Part shown: positions 48,628 through 61,495 of the stretch, piece by piece | How the letters are laid out: each line of letters begins with the position of its first letter | Numbering within the stretch: position 1 is the stretch's first letter | NCBI GenBank assembly: GCA_043228905.1 | Contig: JBHGNT010000021.1 | Location: 11,284,001-11,348,000, forward strand | Length of the DNA stretch: 64,000 bases | Direction: 5' to 3' | Source of the DNA: Azolla caroliniana | Lineage: Eukaryota > Plantae > Polypodiophyta | The notes under the pieces: generated by a model | Seen by the model: the letters and a program-made list of their open reading frames with translations, nothing else | Told to the model about the DNA's origin: nothing | The model's database searches: none | Program-made: the position numbers and the translations under genes

Positions 48628-51600
48628 CATACATCCGAATGGATTAGATCGAGCTTGTTATGGCTCCGGTTTTGCTCGGTGGGGAATGGAAGCCGGTGTT
48701 GCTTCCCAAGTTGGCAGGCTTCACATATTTGGGCCTTCTAGCTACTAAACTTCAGCCATCTAAACACAAGTTGTTCTGATTGCGGATTTTGAAACCTCTG
48801 GTAGTTGACGTGGCCGATCCACTTATGCTAGAGATTGATGTCTGATTCAATATTTTGTCCGTTGGCGAACAAAGCGGTGTCGACGTCATTGGTGTCGAGT
48901 ATGAACATCTTCCCTTCTTTGCACCCTTGCGGGATTATCCGGCCTTCTTCCTCGATAAAGCACCCGAGGTGCGTAAACCGCATCTACATTCCCTGGTCCA
49001 CGATTTATCTGACCGACACCAGGTTCTTTGTGATTGTCGGAACATGTAGTACGTTCATCAGCTTTCCCTTTTGTCCAACATGGCTTAAAGGGACTTCTCC
49101 GATATGCACAATTAGGTGAGGGGTGTCATCTCCGGTTTTGATGATTCCCGGTAGTTCCGGTTTCTCCAAAAATGAGAACCACTCTTCGTGGCTCGTCATG
49201 TGGTTCGATGCTCCGGAATCAACATACCATACTTCCTCCGATCTGGAAGTAGTCTTCTTCATCGAGTTCGCCTTGTGCTTCATCACAAAGACTGGCCCTT
49301 TTCCGGTCTTCCCGGTTCCGGATCCTTCTGATCTTTCTATCTAGTGCGAGCTTTGTCGGTTCCTTTTGTCTGGCCTTGCTGGATCCGGATTTATCCGAAT
49401 CGGCATGCTTCTTCCAGCACTCGTTCTCTTTGTGGTCTTTCTTGCCACAATACCAGCATTCAGTGTCGGTTTTCGACTGCCGATTTTTGGCTCCGACTTG
49501 ACTCCCCCTACTTGTGGAGGGGCCGGAACTACTGTCGGCACTGTCTCTGTGCCTCCGGTTCTGCTCTTGTCGACCGCGTCCATTGTGTGCCGACCCACCT
49601 CGTCCTCCACTCCCACGGGGTTGATTCGCCTCTGTGTACAACATCCGGTTGCCCGATTAACTGGTCATCAACCCACTCGTATGGTTTTCTTCGACCATCA
49701 ACATGGATTGTAAGTCGAAGAAGGATGGTGGATTCTCCTGGGTGCAAATTGTTGTCCCGATTGGCCCATACTGTTGTGCTAGACCACCAAGACAGATCTG
49801 GATCATCTCTTTTTCCTCTACCGTTATGTTGATGGATCCGAGTGCATCGCAGATCTCCTTAATCTTGGTTGTGTAGTCCATAACCGACATATGTCTCTGT
49901 CGGATGTTGTTCAGCTCTTGCCCGAGCTGCAACTTACGGGTTGTGGTACTTGTGGTGAAAATCTTCCGTAGATTTTCCCAATCCTCCTTTGGCATTTTGG
50001 CATCCTTGATGTAGCTGAGCATCTAATCCTGCACACTGGACGTGAGGCAGTATAATACTTGGCTCACTCCTTGCTCCCATGCCAGGAAGTCTTTGTGTGC
50101 CGGCTTCGATGCTTCCTCGTTGGTTCCTTCCACATAGCTCAAATATCCATTCCCCAACAGGTACTGGTGCATTTTATATGACTAGGATGCATAGTTGCTC
50201 TGGTCGAGCTTTTCTGTGGGAAGTGAACTTGCCATACCTCTATCCATTTCAGTTCTCTAGTATTCTTCACCGGGTGTTAAGGTTTATCTTGGAAAGTGTT
50301 TGTCAACTGTACATGAGTCTCAACCCTCGCGCTCTAATACCATGTAAAAGTTAGCGTGCGAAGCTTGACAAAACCGGTTTAGTCGGGTAGCAGCAAAGAA
50401 TAAAAACATAGGTTCAATGGAAGCTTGAGAGTATTTAAGATACACGGGAGAGACAAAGAGACAAAGAGAGTAGAACATCAAGTCTATTAAAAAAGAAGAA
50501 GACTCTGTATCACGCTAATATACAACGTGCTAAACACCACTATTTATACAAGTCCTCAAAAGGACTGAAAGAAGTACTATGTATTTCAATGCTCATACGA
50601 GCGGTTGACACTAACTACGAGGACTCAGACTACCTAGTAGTCTAGGAGTATAGGCTACTACTAGGCTTTCGTTTCACATTTGAATCTGGCTCTCCGATCT
50701 GGCTTTGGCTTGTTCAGCCGAACCGGATATGGTGGAGCTTGCTCGCTCAACAGAACTGAAGGTGCATGCCTAATTGTTGGCATAGGAGATGTGTAGTTGA
50801 CAACGTCAACCGGGTGCAAGTTGCTGCTGAAGGATGTCTGACACGTTCCGGAGGTTCGGTTGAACCTGATATCAGCCGGTCAACTAGATGATGAAGGCTA
50901 CATGGGTAGCATCTGGAACGAAGTCATGAAGTTTTGCAAAGGTAGCTTGATTGTGGCCCGAGCCCAGAAGATCAACACATTGTACCTAATGCATGCCTGG
51001 ATATGCCGGGAAGAAGTGAATGTGGCATCTGAAAATGCCGGTGAGTTGTGGCACAAGAGGTTGTGCCACATGAGCTAGAAATGGATGATTAGACTTGCGA
51101 AAGATAACTTCATTCCGGACGTGAAAGATGTGCATCTTGACAAGTGTACTAATTGCTTGGCCGGCAAGCAGAACTAAACCTCTTTACAGTCGAGACCACC
51201 GTCGAGATAGAATGCACCACTAGAACTTATGCATACCGATGTATGCCAAGTGGACACGAAGTCACATGCCGAATCACAGTACTTCGTGATGTTCATAGAT
51301 GACCACAACTATGGGTCTCACTCCTAAAGACAAAGGGTCAAGTGTTGTCCGTCTTCAAGGAATTCCACACAACAGTGGAAAGGGAAATCGGCCAGACGCT
51401 GAAGGCGGTTCGAGCAGACAACAGAGGTGAATACCGGGGGCAGTTCGAGGAGTACTGTCAGTCGAAGGGAATCCTGCTCAAATTTACCATTCTGAAGACA
51501 CCGGAGCTGGATAGATTAGCTGAACGAATGAATCGGATTGTGATAGAGAGTCCGATGTATGTTGGCACATACATGCCAAGTTACCCAAGACGTTTTGGGC

Positions 51601-51768
51601 TAAGGTGTTGATGACGGCGACGTACGTGATAAACAAATCACCCTCAACACCCTTGGACCGGTAAAGATGTGGCTTACTAGCATCTAAGGCTATTCAATTG
51701 TCTTGCTGACGTGCATGTTGCAAAGGACAAGAGAGCAAAGTTGGATCCGAAGTCCCAGCCCTTCATAT

Positions 51769-54700
51769 TGTGCGGAAAATAGCGCTCAACCACCACTGAT
51801 TCTTAAACAACGAATGGAAGAAAACAAACTAACACAAAGATGACACAAGATGTTTATGTGGAAACACTAAATGGGAAAAACCACAGGAGCCCATGGACTC
51901 CAACTATCACTATGAGGGGAGGAATACAATGTGAGACTCAAAGGCAACGACCTTGACCTCTATGTCTTCACCAACCGTCGGTTACGACAGAAATCATTCA
52001 GTCTATCTCTCTCTCTCTCACTCACTGTATACACACTCTATCAACAAATCTTATCACACATAAGGTGATTGCCGTAAGTCATATTTATACTTATATGAAT
52101 TTAGGGCTATTTACAAATATAGCCTCGATGGGCTCACTATAAAACATATTTACACATATGTTCTTGGATTCAGTTTGCACCGGATCCATCCGGATTCACT
52201 CGATCCAGTTTCCGAGTCTCATCCAGAACCCTTCCGGATCCAGTTCCTTCATCTCGCTCCTCCGATCCGGCTCCTCCGATTCTCATCTGGATCCCATTCA
52301 GAGGGACCGTATTCCCAAAAAACTTCCCCTTCACTCCGGCATGGGATTTCTCGTTAATCTGATCCGTCTTCAGCACACGTCCAGCTTGTCGGTTGACATC
52401 ACCTTGGTCAATATATCCGATCCGTTCTCCTTCGTGTGGATCTTAGTCAACACGGAGTCTTCATCTTCTACTCTCTCTCGGATCCAGTGATACCTCTGCT
52501 AGATGTGCTTCGTCCAAGAATGGTAGGCCGTACTCTTCGCAAGGTCGATGGCCCTTTGACGGTCGCAGTAGATCCAGAATTCCTCCTGCAAGATCCCTAG
52601 CTCTCTAATCAAGTCCTTCATCCAGATTATCTCCTTGCTGGCTTCCACATCTACCATGTACTCCGCTTCCATTGTCGATAGTGCAACGGACTTCTGCAGG
52701 CTCGACTGCCATGATACAACTCCCCTTGCATAAGTCATGACATATCCGGATGTAGACCGGCTGGTATCTGCATCAGCCTACATTTCCAAATCCATGAATC
52801 CGTCAAGTTGGGTTTTACCGGAGCCAAGCCGGAGGCACATACTTGAGGTGCCTTTTAGATACCAGAGTATCCACTTGACCGCGTTCCAATGCTCTTTTCC
52901 TGGATTTCTCATTCACATATGCAATATCCAACTGGGCACACACCATTGCGTACATTAAGCTTCCGACGGCAGAGGCATATGGTATCTTCATCATATCCAA
53001 CTTCTTTGCCTTTGTCTTTAGGCTCTGCTTTCTAGACAACTTGCAATTTGCTGAAAGTGTCGATCTGACTGGTTTCTCCTCCGACATGCTGAACCTTTGA
53101 AGCACCTTTGTCACGTACTTCTCCTGTGACAACCACAATAGCTTCTCCTTTCAGTCCTGGATGATGTGCATCCCTAAGATTTGTCTTGTCGGACCCAAGT
53201 CTTTCATGGAGAAGGTCCGGTTTAGGGCCTTCTTCAGCATTCATATCTTGACTTAGTCTCGTCTGACGATCAACATGTCGTCCACGTATAGGAGCAATAT
53301 CAGGAAATCTCCTTCATCAAATTTCTTCACCAACACGCAATGATCGACTTGCGTTTTGTGGTACCCTTTATCGGTCATGAAGGAGTCGAACTTTCGGTAC
53401 CATTGCCGGGGAGCTTGCTTCAATCCGTATAAGCTCTTCTTCAGCAGGCACACCAGGTGCTCCTTCCCTTTCTTCTCAAATCCTTCCAGTTGATGCACGT
53501 AGATCTTGTCTTCGAGGTCGCCATGTAGGAATGTCGTCTTGACGTCCAGTTGTTGTACCTTGAGGTCCATGCTTGCCGTTATGCTTAATACCATTCGGAT
53601 GGATGTCATCTTTACTACTGGAGCAAAGATCTCATCGAAATCCACACATTTTTCCTACTGGAAACCCTTCACCACGATCTAGGCCTTGTACCTTGGTGGA
53701 TTTCCGGCGTCTCCCGGTTTTAGCTTGTACACCCACTTATTCTGGAGTGCTCTCTTTCCTTTTGGCAGCTCCATGAATTCATATGTGTGGTTCTCATGTA
53801 GGGAATCCATCTTGTCTTGCATGGTGGAACAACAACCCATGTTGTCTCGTCGCCGGCAAGGTTCAACTCACTCTCCTTGGTGATGAGCATTAACTCCTCT
53901 TCACTTGCTACGATTGTCGTCGTTCCCTTCCGGTCCGGTCCTCTCTAGTCTTTGTCGTTCCGGTCCGGTGACCACTTCGAATCGGTACTGTCGGTTTCCT
54001 TGTCTTTCCGGAAATGCCCACAGTTCTTCTGGAAGTGTCCCAGCTTGCCTCAATAGAAGCAAGTGGGCCTCTCCCTTGACTTTGACCGTGTCCCCAACTT
54101 TTCCCGGTTCTGGGGGCTATGGTTCCTTTGTCTTCTGCATTCCAATTCGGTAAGGAGAGCTTCGGAGTCGGAGCTCATACCCTTGTCTTTCTGACGTGCC
54201 TCCTCATCTAGCAAGCTCGACTTGACTCTTGCTAGGGATAATTGTTTTCCTTCCGGCCCGGCGTTGCCCAAAGTGACAACTAACGTCTCCCAACTATCTG
54301 GGAGGGAACCGAGCAGGAGCAATGCTAGTACCTCATTAGTGAGAGGTACTTCTAACGAAGTTGCTTGGTGAATCAGCCCTTGGAAGGCATTCATGTGCTC
54401 CACCATACTGGAGCCATCTTGGTACCTGAGCCTCACTAGCTTCCGGAATACCGAAACCCGATTAACAACATTTTTGTTCTAAAACATAATGTCGATCTTC
54501 TCCCAGAGCTCATTAGCCTTGCTCTCTTCATTGAAGTTGTTGTACATGCTCATGTCGATGAAGCAACGTATGTATACCGTTGTCTTCATGTGCATCACCT
54601 CCCACACTGTGGCATTGATCTCGCACGGTCTCTTGTCCCCGAACTGAACCGGCAACCAAAGATCTTTAACCACCAGCATGTCCCTCATCTTCGACTTCCA

Positions 54701-55363
54701 CACTGAGTAGTTGGAGCCGGTGATCTTGAACATACCGCCAAATGAATCTTCCATTTTATGTGTCGTTTCGCTCTGATACCAAATTGACAAGAATATGCGG
54801 AATAATGCTCGGCCTCAACCGAGACTTCAATCACTTCATTAGAATCACAACCACAGAAGAAATGGGCAATGAAGGTAAATGCACACAAACACACAAACAA
54901 CATGAGAAAGAGTACACAATGTGTTTATGTGGAAAACCCTAAGAGGGAAAAACCACGGGAGTCCACAAACTCCAACTATCACTATGTAAGAAGAATACAA
55001 TAGAGAGCACAAAGGCAACAACCTCTTTCTCTCAATCTTCGCCCGGTGGCAGTTACAACAGAGACACAATATCTGTATCGCTCTCTCTCTCTTTCTCTCA
55101 CTCTTACACTTTGTCCACCCATTACACCAATAATTCTAGACACGATAATAACCACATCTCTTCTGTTTGCCCTAGGCCATATTTATACTAATATGATATT
55201 CGGGCTATTTACAAATATAGCCCCAGTGGTCCCTCTGGGACATATTTACATATATTTCCCTTCATACGGTGAGAGGTTCTCACCGGGCCTGCAACGTTCG
55301 GTTCTCACCGGGTCTTCCTTGCCGGGTACCCATATCCCATCCGGAGGAACCGAAATCCTAACA
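51769..55363 (-). mobile_element. Copia J, chimeric or deleted: 3' LTR 51769-~52320, RT-RH, junction near 53830, gag, PBS 54770-54781, a different 5' LTR 54785-55363
   Basis: The LTRs are only distantly similar, there is no TSD (CATAT vs GGAAC), and PR-INT is missing. Confidence 0.8.
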
Positions 55364-55867
55364 GGAACTTCATATGACAATAAAGAATGGTTGCAATAAT
55401 AGATCTATTAGAATATTATTCTAAAGAATGCAATGATAGCCAACACTTTTGTTCGGGTTATAAACTATGGATCCACTTCATCATTCTTAAAATATTTTGA
55501 TGCCTTTATAGGGCTTAGAATTGGTACATGATAATTTTCGATGGTGAATGTTGGTGGAGATTGTCTTCAGCTTTCAAATGATTGGGGTACAATGAACATG
55601 ATATTGTTAGATGGGCAATGCCTATTTATGGCATTGATAGATGAACAATAACTTAGCCTTGTCTTCCATGGAAGTGCAATTGAGTCATAAAAATCTGCTA
55701 CTGGCCAAGTCCTCTGTCTCATCAATCTCGATAGTGTATCATCATTCACATTGTCACCCATGAGATTGTGTCCATTGTTAACTACAAGTATCATAGTAGA
55801 TGCATGTAAGGCTGTATATATATTATATATTGACAATATACTAATTAAGCAAAATATATCATGATAT

Positions 55868-58800
55868 TATGAAATGCACATAAATGGAATCCAAACCAAC
55901 TTGCTTAGCTTCTTACTTCCTATTCAATTTATAGTCGTACAAAGGTACCCATTTGGGTTGGCTTTACTTAGCTACATGCGTCCTCACAAGGGTATGCTAA
56001 AAGGGGCACAAAGGAACACATGCACACCCAACATGAAGGCATGCGCTTGCATCCAAGGGACACCACATTTCCCCCCTGACAAAAACAAGGAGTTTTACGA
56101 CATGGGGAAAGGACGAGCACTAGAAGATGGACTTGGGGTAGCATAGGGCTTGATGCGGGCAACATGGGCGGAGGTGAAGCGACCACTGGAATCGAGTAGG
56201 AGCAAGTAAGTCATGGATTTGATTGGTCGAACCACAATGAATGGGCCGATCCATCAGTGCATGAGTGATTCGCTAAGACCGTGCCGCCAAACCGGGAAGT
56301 AAACAAGGACTTTGGTTCCATCATCATAAGTCAGGGTAATTCGACCCACGTCGTAGTGTCGCTTTTGGTGTTGTTGTGTGACTTGTAGGTTTCAAGAGCT
56401 TTCTTGTTGAAGGAGAGGTAGCAATTGTTGGAGATAGAGCCCCCAAGTGGCACCATCCATGTTGGTAGGTTTGGAATGGACATCAATGGATGATTCTGGT
56501 GGGAGCTGAGGGTCACGGCCATAGAGTGCTCGAAAAGGGCTGATCCGTGTTGACACCTGAACGGATGTATTGTAGGCGTGGGTGACGAAAGGCAAGATTT
56601 GATCCCAGGTTTTGTGGCATGGATCGATGTAAGCAACAATCTCCTACTTGAGGGTCTTGTTGAGGCGTTCAGTGAGGCCGTTTGTTTGCAGATGGTACGG
56701 GGATGTAAACACTTGCTGGACACCTAGTTGAGTTGCAACTGCGTTGAGGACATCCCCATGGATTTGGCGGCCCTAATAACATAAGAGTTGGACAGGGCAA
56801 CCATGCTGAAAAATTACCTTGTACAATAGTTGGGATGCGATTGTTGGCGCAGTGACGTCAGGGATGGCAACAATTTCAGCCCATCTAATGAGGTATTCTG
56901 CTATGACCAGGATATACTTGTTGCCATTGGGGGTTTCGGGAAAAGGTCCCATGAAATCCCATCCGACGAGCTCGAAAGGTGATGTGACGGTGATGGGTTG
57001 GAGCGTTCCGGCGAGCTTGCTCACGGGTTTGATGTGTTGACACAAAGCACATTAGTTGATGTAGGTAGAGACAGAGTGTCGCATGTTGGGCCAATAATAC
57101 TTGAGACGTAATTTTTCAAGAACCTTGTGGAAACCCAGGTGACCCGACAATGGGTGGTCATGATAAAATTGGAGATATGTCTGTTGTAGGGCATGAGGGA
57201 TGTAGAGACGCGGCTCGTGATGCGCCTAAATGAAGAACACCAAGTTATCGTGGAGCATGAACCGTCGTTGTGAAGGAAATGGTTGAAGGGAGCGCAACTG
57301 ATGGGTTATCTCTCAGATGGCGGGGTCGTGTTGCTGAAGTGTAGCGAGTTGTGGTAGTGGCAGTGGAAGGTCAGACATCACGGGTAGAAATTGGACAACT
57401 TGGAAATCGGTGTGAGAGAGACTATCGGCGACCAAATTGGTTACACCTTTTCGATAGAAGAGGGAAACTGATAATCTTGAAGTGCCAACGTCTATCGCAA
57501 CCATGATTCCTGAACCATTGTTTTGAGGCGATGAAAGCTGCCTTCCCAAGCAAGATCCAAAACGAATGACACACCTTTCTTCAGGAGATGACGAAGGGGG
57601 AAAGTGACTAAGGCGAGGTTTAGGATGAAGCGAAGGGAAAAGGTGATCATGCCCAAAAAACGTTGCAATGTTTTTATTGAGGTGGGGCGGGGGTAGTAGA
57701 TGATGGAAGTTATCTTTGCAAGGTCCATACGGATTCCATCGCCAGAGATGATGAAGGCGAGAAAACAGAGGCTGGTGCTTCCCCATCGACACTTCTTCCA
57801 TTGGAGTTGCAAGTTATGCTTAGTTATGTAAGCGAGGACTTCAACGAGAGTTTGTAGATGATCCTCCCAAGTGGCCGTGTGGATAAGGATGTCGTCGAGA
57901 TAAATGAGGAGGATGCCTTTACTGATAAGGCCGGCAAAGATGGAGTTTGCCATGTGTTGGAATGTGCTGCCGGCATCAGACAGGACAAACAACATGCAGG
58001 TGAATTGGAACAACCCGCATCGTGTGCGGAATGCAGTCTTGTGGGCGTCAAATAACTTTAAGGTGATCTGCCAATATCCCGAGGCTAAGTCAATGGAAGT
58101 GAAATAACGGGAGCCCCCAAGCTGGTCCAAGAGGTCGTCCACGCGCGGGTAGCGGTCATGGATTGTCACTTTATTGAGAGGCCTAAAGTCGATGTAGAAG
58201 CGGAAGGTGCTATCATCCTTCTTGATGAGGTGGGGTTCCAAAACCCAATCGTTGGTGGAAGGAATGATAATACCTTTGGTGAGCATATCGGTGATAGCAG
58301 CATCAATGCGATCGTGGTCAAGGGGGGAACATCGGCGTGTAGCCATGCGGATGGGAGCGGCGTCCCTGGTACGAATGACATGCTGTACCGGGAAAGAGAC
58401 AATAGAGGCATGCGTGGGTTGGGGGGCTAGTGACGGAAAACAAGCTAACAATTGGCGGACGGAGATTAACCGCTCCTTGGGACTGAGGGCCACCTGGACT
58501 TGGTTGGGGGACATGGGGGCTATCGTGTAGGAGGGGGATAGGGAGAGCTTGTGGGACAACCAATTTGTGAGCATCGAAATCAATCATAGTGCGATGCTTG
58601 AGGAGCCAATCACAACCTAAGCTGAGGGGGAAGAGTTGGTGCGGCAAGACATAAAAGTGGTATGAGAATGTGAGAGGGCCTAAGGTAACGGTGCAGTGGG
58701 CTTGCGTGCGAGAGTGGTATAGATGTTCGTGATGGCCAAAAAGGACTTGGATGGAAGGAGCGGTGGTTTTGGGGAGGCCTAATTGGTGAACTAAGGAAGT

Positions 58801-60202
58801 GCTAACTGAAGAGATACTACTACTAGAGTCTAATAGGATGGTGTGTGTGGAGTGATTAATGGTGGCGAAAGCGGTGCATACCTGTGAACTAGAAGAGGCA
58901 GACGCTTGGACATGGGGGGTTGGCTCTTCCATCAGTACCCCAGAAGGTAGTTTCCCGGAAGCTCAGCCAACGATGCTGCGTCAGCCATGGTTATCTGGGC
59001 TTGCTGATTGTGAGATTGTTGTTGCAATTTCCGGAAATAACGTCGGACGTGTCGATAATTGTGGCAGTAGAAACACTTCGGGCATCCTTGGGCATCGCGA
59101 TTAGGAAGGTTTCGGCGAGTCGGCATCTGCACGTTTTGGACGTCAATGTCCATGGGGGTCACTCCTTGGTAATGCGCGCGCAAGTCGGTCGATGGTGGAG
59201 GAGGCCATCGTGGTTGGGAGTCAAATAGCGTACAAGCTTCGATGCGTTGGGCAATGAGGATCGCATCGTTGAAGGTCTTGGGACCTTGGTCCCGGGCACG
59301 ACAACTAATGTCAGGGCGCAGATGGGGCCATAAGACGAAAAGCTTGACATGTTTGGGCATGGTTGGATCGGCCTAGACAAGGAGCTGATTTAGGCAAACA
59401 CCAAATTGGCCTACTGGTTCGTGCGCTTGCTATTGCAACGTCTCGAGTTCTTGCAATGCCGTCTGGGCCGAATTTTGATGGGCAAAGTTTTGCACAAGGA
59501 GATCCCGGAGGATCACCCAGTTCTCCGTCACTTCGTTGGCTTGTTGTACGTACCAAGTGGCGGCGACATTTTCGAGCAAGGTGCGAACTTCCAAAGCCTT
59601 GTGCTCGTCAGACCATTTGTGGTAACTTGAGATCATCTCAAAGTGATCCAACCATGCTAAGACGTCCTCAGAGGGCAAGCCGGAGAAGGACTTTGGGCGA
59701 ACCTTGGAATCTGGCCGATCTAGAGACCGATCGTTGGTAGCGGATAGGAAGGAGAGCATAGCTTGGTTCGTGTGGCTGATTTGAAGCATGGCGTTGGAGA
59801 GGACTTGCAGGAGTTGCTCCATTTGGAAGGGGGGTGGCTGCTCAGGAGGTTGCGGGAACTCAGATTGCATAGGGGTATCGACTTCGACGGTGACAAGAGG
59901 GAATTGGGACGCCATGAACAAGGTGATAATGGCTAAAATTTTACCCCACTTCTCCACTAATTATGTGAAATTCACATAAATGGAATCTAAACTAGCTTGC
60001 TTAGTGAAATTCACATAAATGGAATCTAAACTAGCTTGCTTAGTTTCTTACTTCCTATTCAATTTATAGTCGTACAAAGGTACCCATTTGGGTTGGCTTT
60101 ACTTAGCTACATGCGTCCTAAGAAGGGTATGCTAAAGGGGGCACAAAGGAACACATGCACACCCAACATGAAGGCATGCACTTGCATCCAAGGGACACCA
60201 CA
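55868..60202 (-). mobile_element. Gypsy K, degenerate, with short LTRs (55868-56067 and 59964-60202, the latter with a ~39-bp tandem duplication)
   Basis: TSD ATAT; PPT 56068-56078; gag PMDID, LLDS protease, DLASGYWQ/YLDD RT, integrase WDFMGP. Confidence 0.9.
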
Positions 60203-61006
60203 ATATTTGTAAAACAATAATAAATTAAAAGTAAAATGTATATATATAAAATATGTTGACCCACATGTGTTTTAATAATAATAGAGTATGAAAGTAGTAT
60301 GAGAACAATTACAAACTTTTTATTGCATATATTGTCATAACCTATGGTAAAGCAAACATTATATAGAAATAAAAATAACCTTTTGTCGAGTGGTATAAAG
60401 ACAAAAATGTAATAGACAGAAACACTTGCTAGTATTGATACACTCTAAGCATTGACCCCATTACAATAATTGCCAAAGCAAACTCATCTATTGGGGAAAA
60501 ATGTTTCTTTTCCTTTGTGATGTACAACATTAGATCAAAAGGACTTTGTAATATTGCTAAAAGAAATAAAAAAATAAGCAAGAGGAATTTTTAAGTAATC
60601 AATTCACTTTAGGTTTGAGGCCTTCACCCAAAATGGTTTATGCTACAAAAGCCAGTGTATGAATGTGTAAATATAAATATGTATGGATGTCTATTTGTGT
60701 ATGTCCACTATTTCCTCAAATGCCCCAATGTTTTCAACTTTTCATTATTTATTGAAATTTCTTATGTTTTCATTTTTGGATTTTCATTGTATACCAAAAT
60801 GCCCTTAGAAAATCTACTTTTGTGCTTAGCTATGCACTATTCGACAAAGTATATAGTCAATTTATATGGTCAATTTATCCCCTTCTTCATCTTTGAGGTC
60901 GATCATGGAAATTTAGAGAAATAACTAAACATAGGAGAATTGAGGAAATGAGGAGAATTTTAAAGATATTTCAAAGTTGATGGGTATAATACGTATTCAT
61001 GTCAAA

Positions 61007-61362
61007 TGTTGAGAATGAAATTCAAATTCACTTGTGTGGGAACACACTCTAGGATACTCAAGTGTGTGATCACCTCACCTCCTTGTATAGTAACTAGTGT
61101 GTCATAGAAGTTAATATCCTATGACACATATTCTTGAAGTAGTTAAGACTTGACCTCTTTCCCAAGAGGCTCCTCGAGTGAGAGAATCTAGAGAGAAGGT
61201 TTGTACATAAGCACCTTCTCCTTCTCTTTATAACTGTTGGTCATTCTTGTTTCCTTATAATACAATTTTTTGTTTTTCTGTAATCTTGAGTTCTTTCTCT
61301 CTCTCTCTCCACACACACAGACACATACAGTTCTTCCACTGCACAGAATCCATCTGATTTTT
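61007..61362 (+). repeat. Degraded solo LTR related to the 2486-2949 Copia LTR
   Basis: Starts TGTTGAGAAT and shares the TGTGTCATAGAA..CTATGACACA inverted repeat; the 3' end and TSD are not resolved. Confidence 0.6.
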
Positions 61363-61495
61363 ATTTTTTTCCCATTACTCGGGAAAAAATTCAGGAGGTA
61401 TCATATGTACAAGGGCCAAGCCTCATATAGAGCTCCTTGGCTTCGATTAACACTAAACTAGAGGGATCCTTCTACAATCCCTTAGGCACGATGGG

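Larger units (their letters stand above)
4853..50752 (-). mobile_element. Copia B (3' LTR 4853-5300, PPT 5301-5312, 5' LTR 50343-50752, PBS 50331-50342), fragmented by C, G, a solo LTR and I
   Basis: Matching LTRs TGTAAAAGTTAG..CGCTCAACA. Gag, PR, INT, RT and RH pieces at 48633-50330, 41368-41445, 39276-40531, 12968-13283 and 5313-6301 rejoin across the TSDs. Confidence 0.88.
3313..51768 (+). mobile_element. Copia A, the outermost host of the nest: LTR 3313-3823, PBS 3827-3838, degenerate gag-PR 3862-4852, PR-INT remnant 50758-51768; 3' half lost
   Basis: The frame ..VQMGN at 4852 resumes EGACLIVGIGDV at 50758 (paralog in I: VRMGNEGTCRIVGIGDV). The inserted B has TSD GAAAT/GAACT. Confidence 0.85.

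Noticed and set aside
59964-60042. Tandem duplication in the K 5' LTR, and (CT)n/(CA)n runs in LTRs
   Set aside because: Common local duplication and LTR microsatellites.
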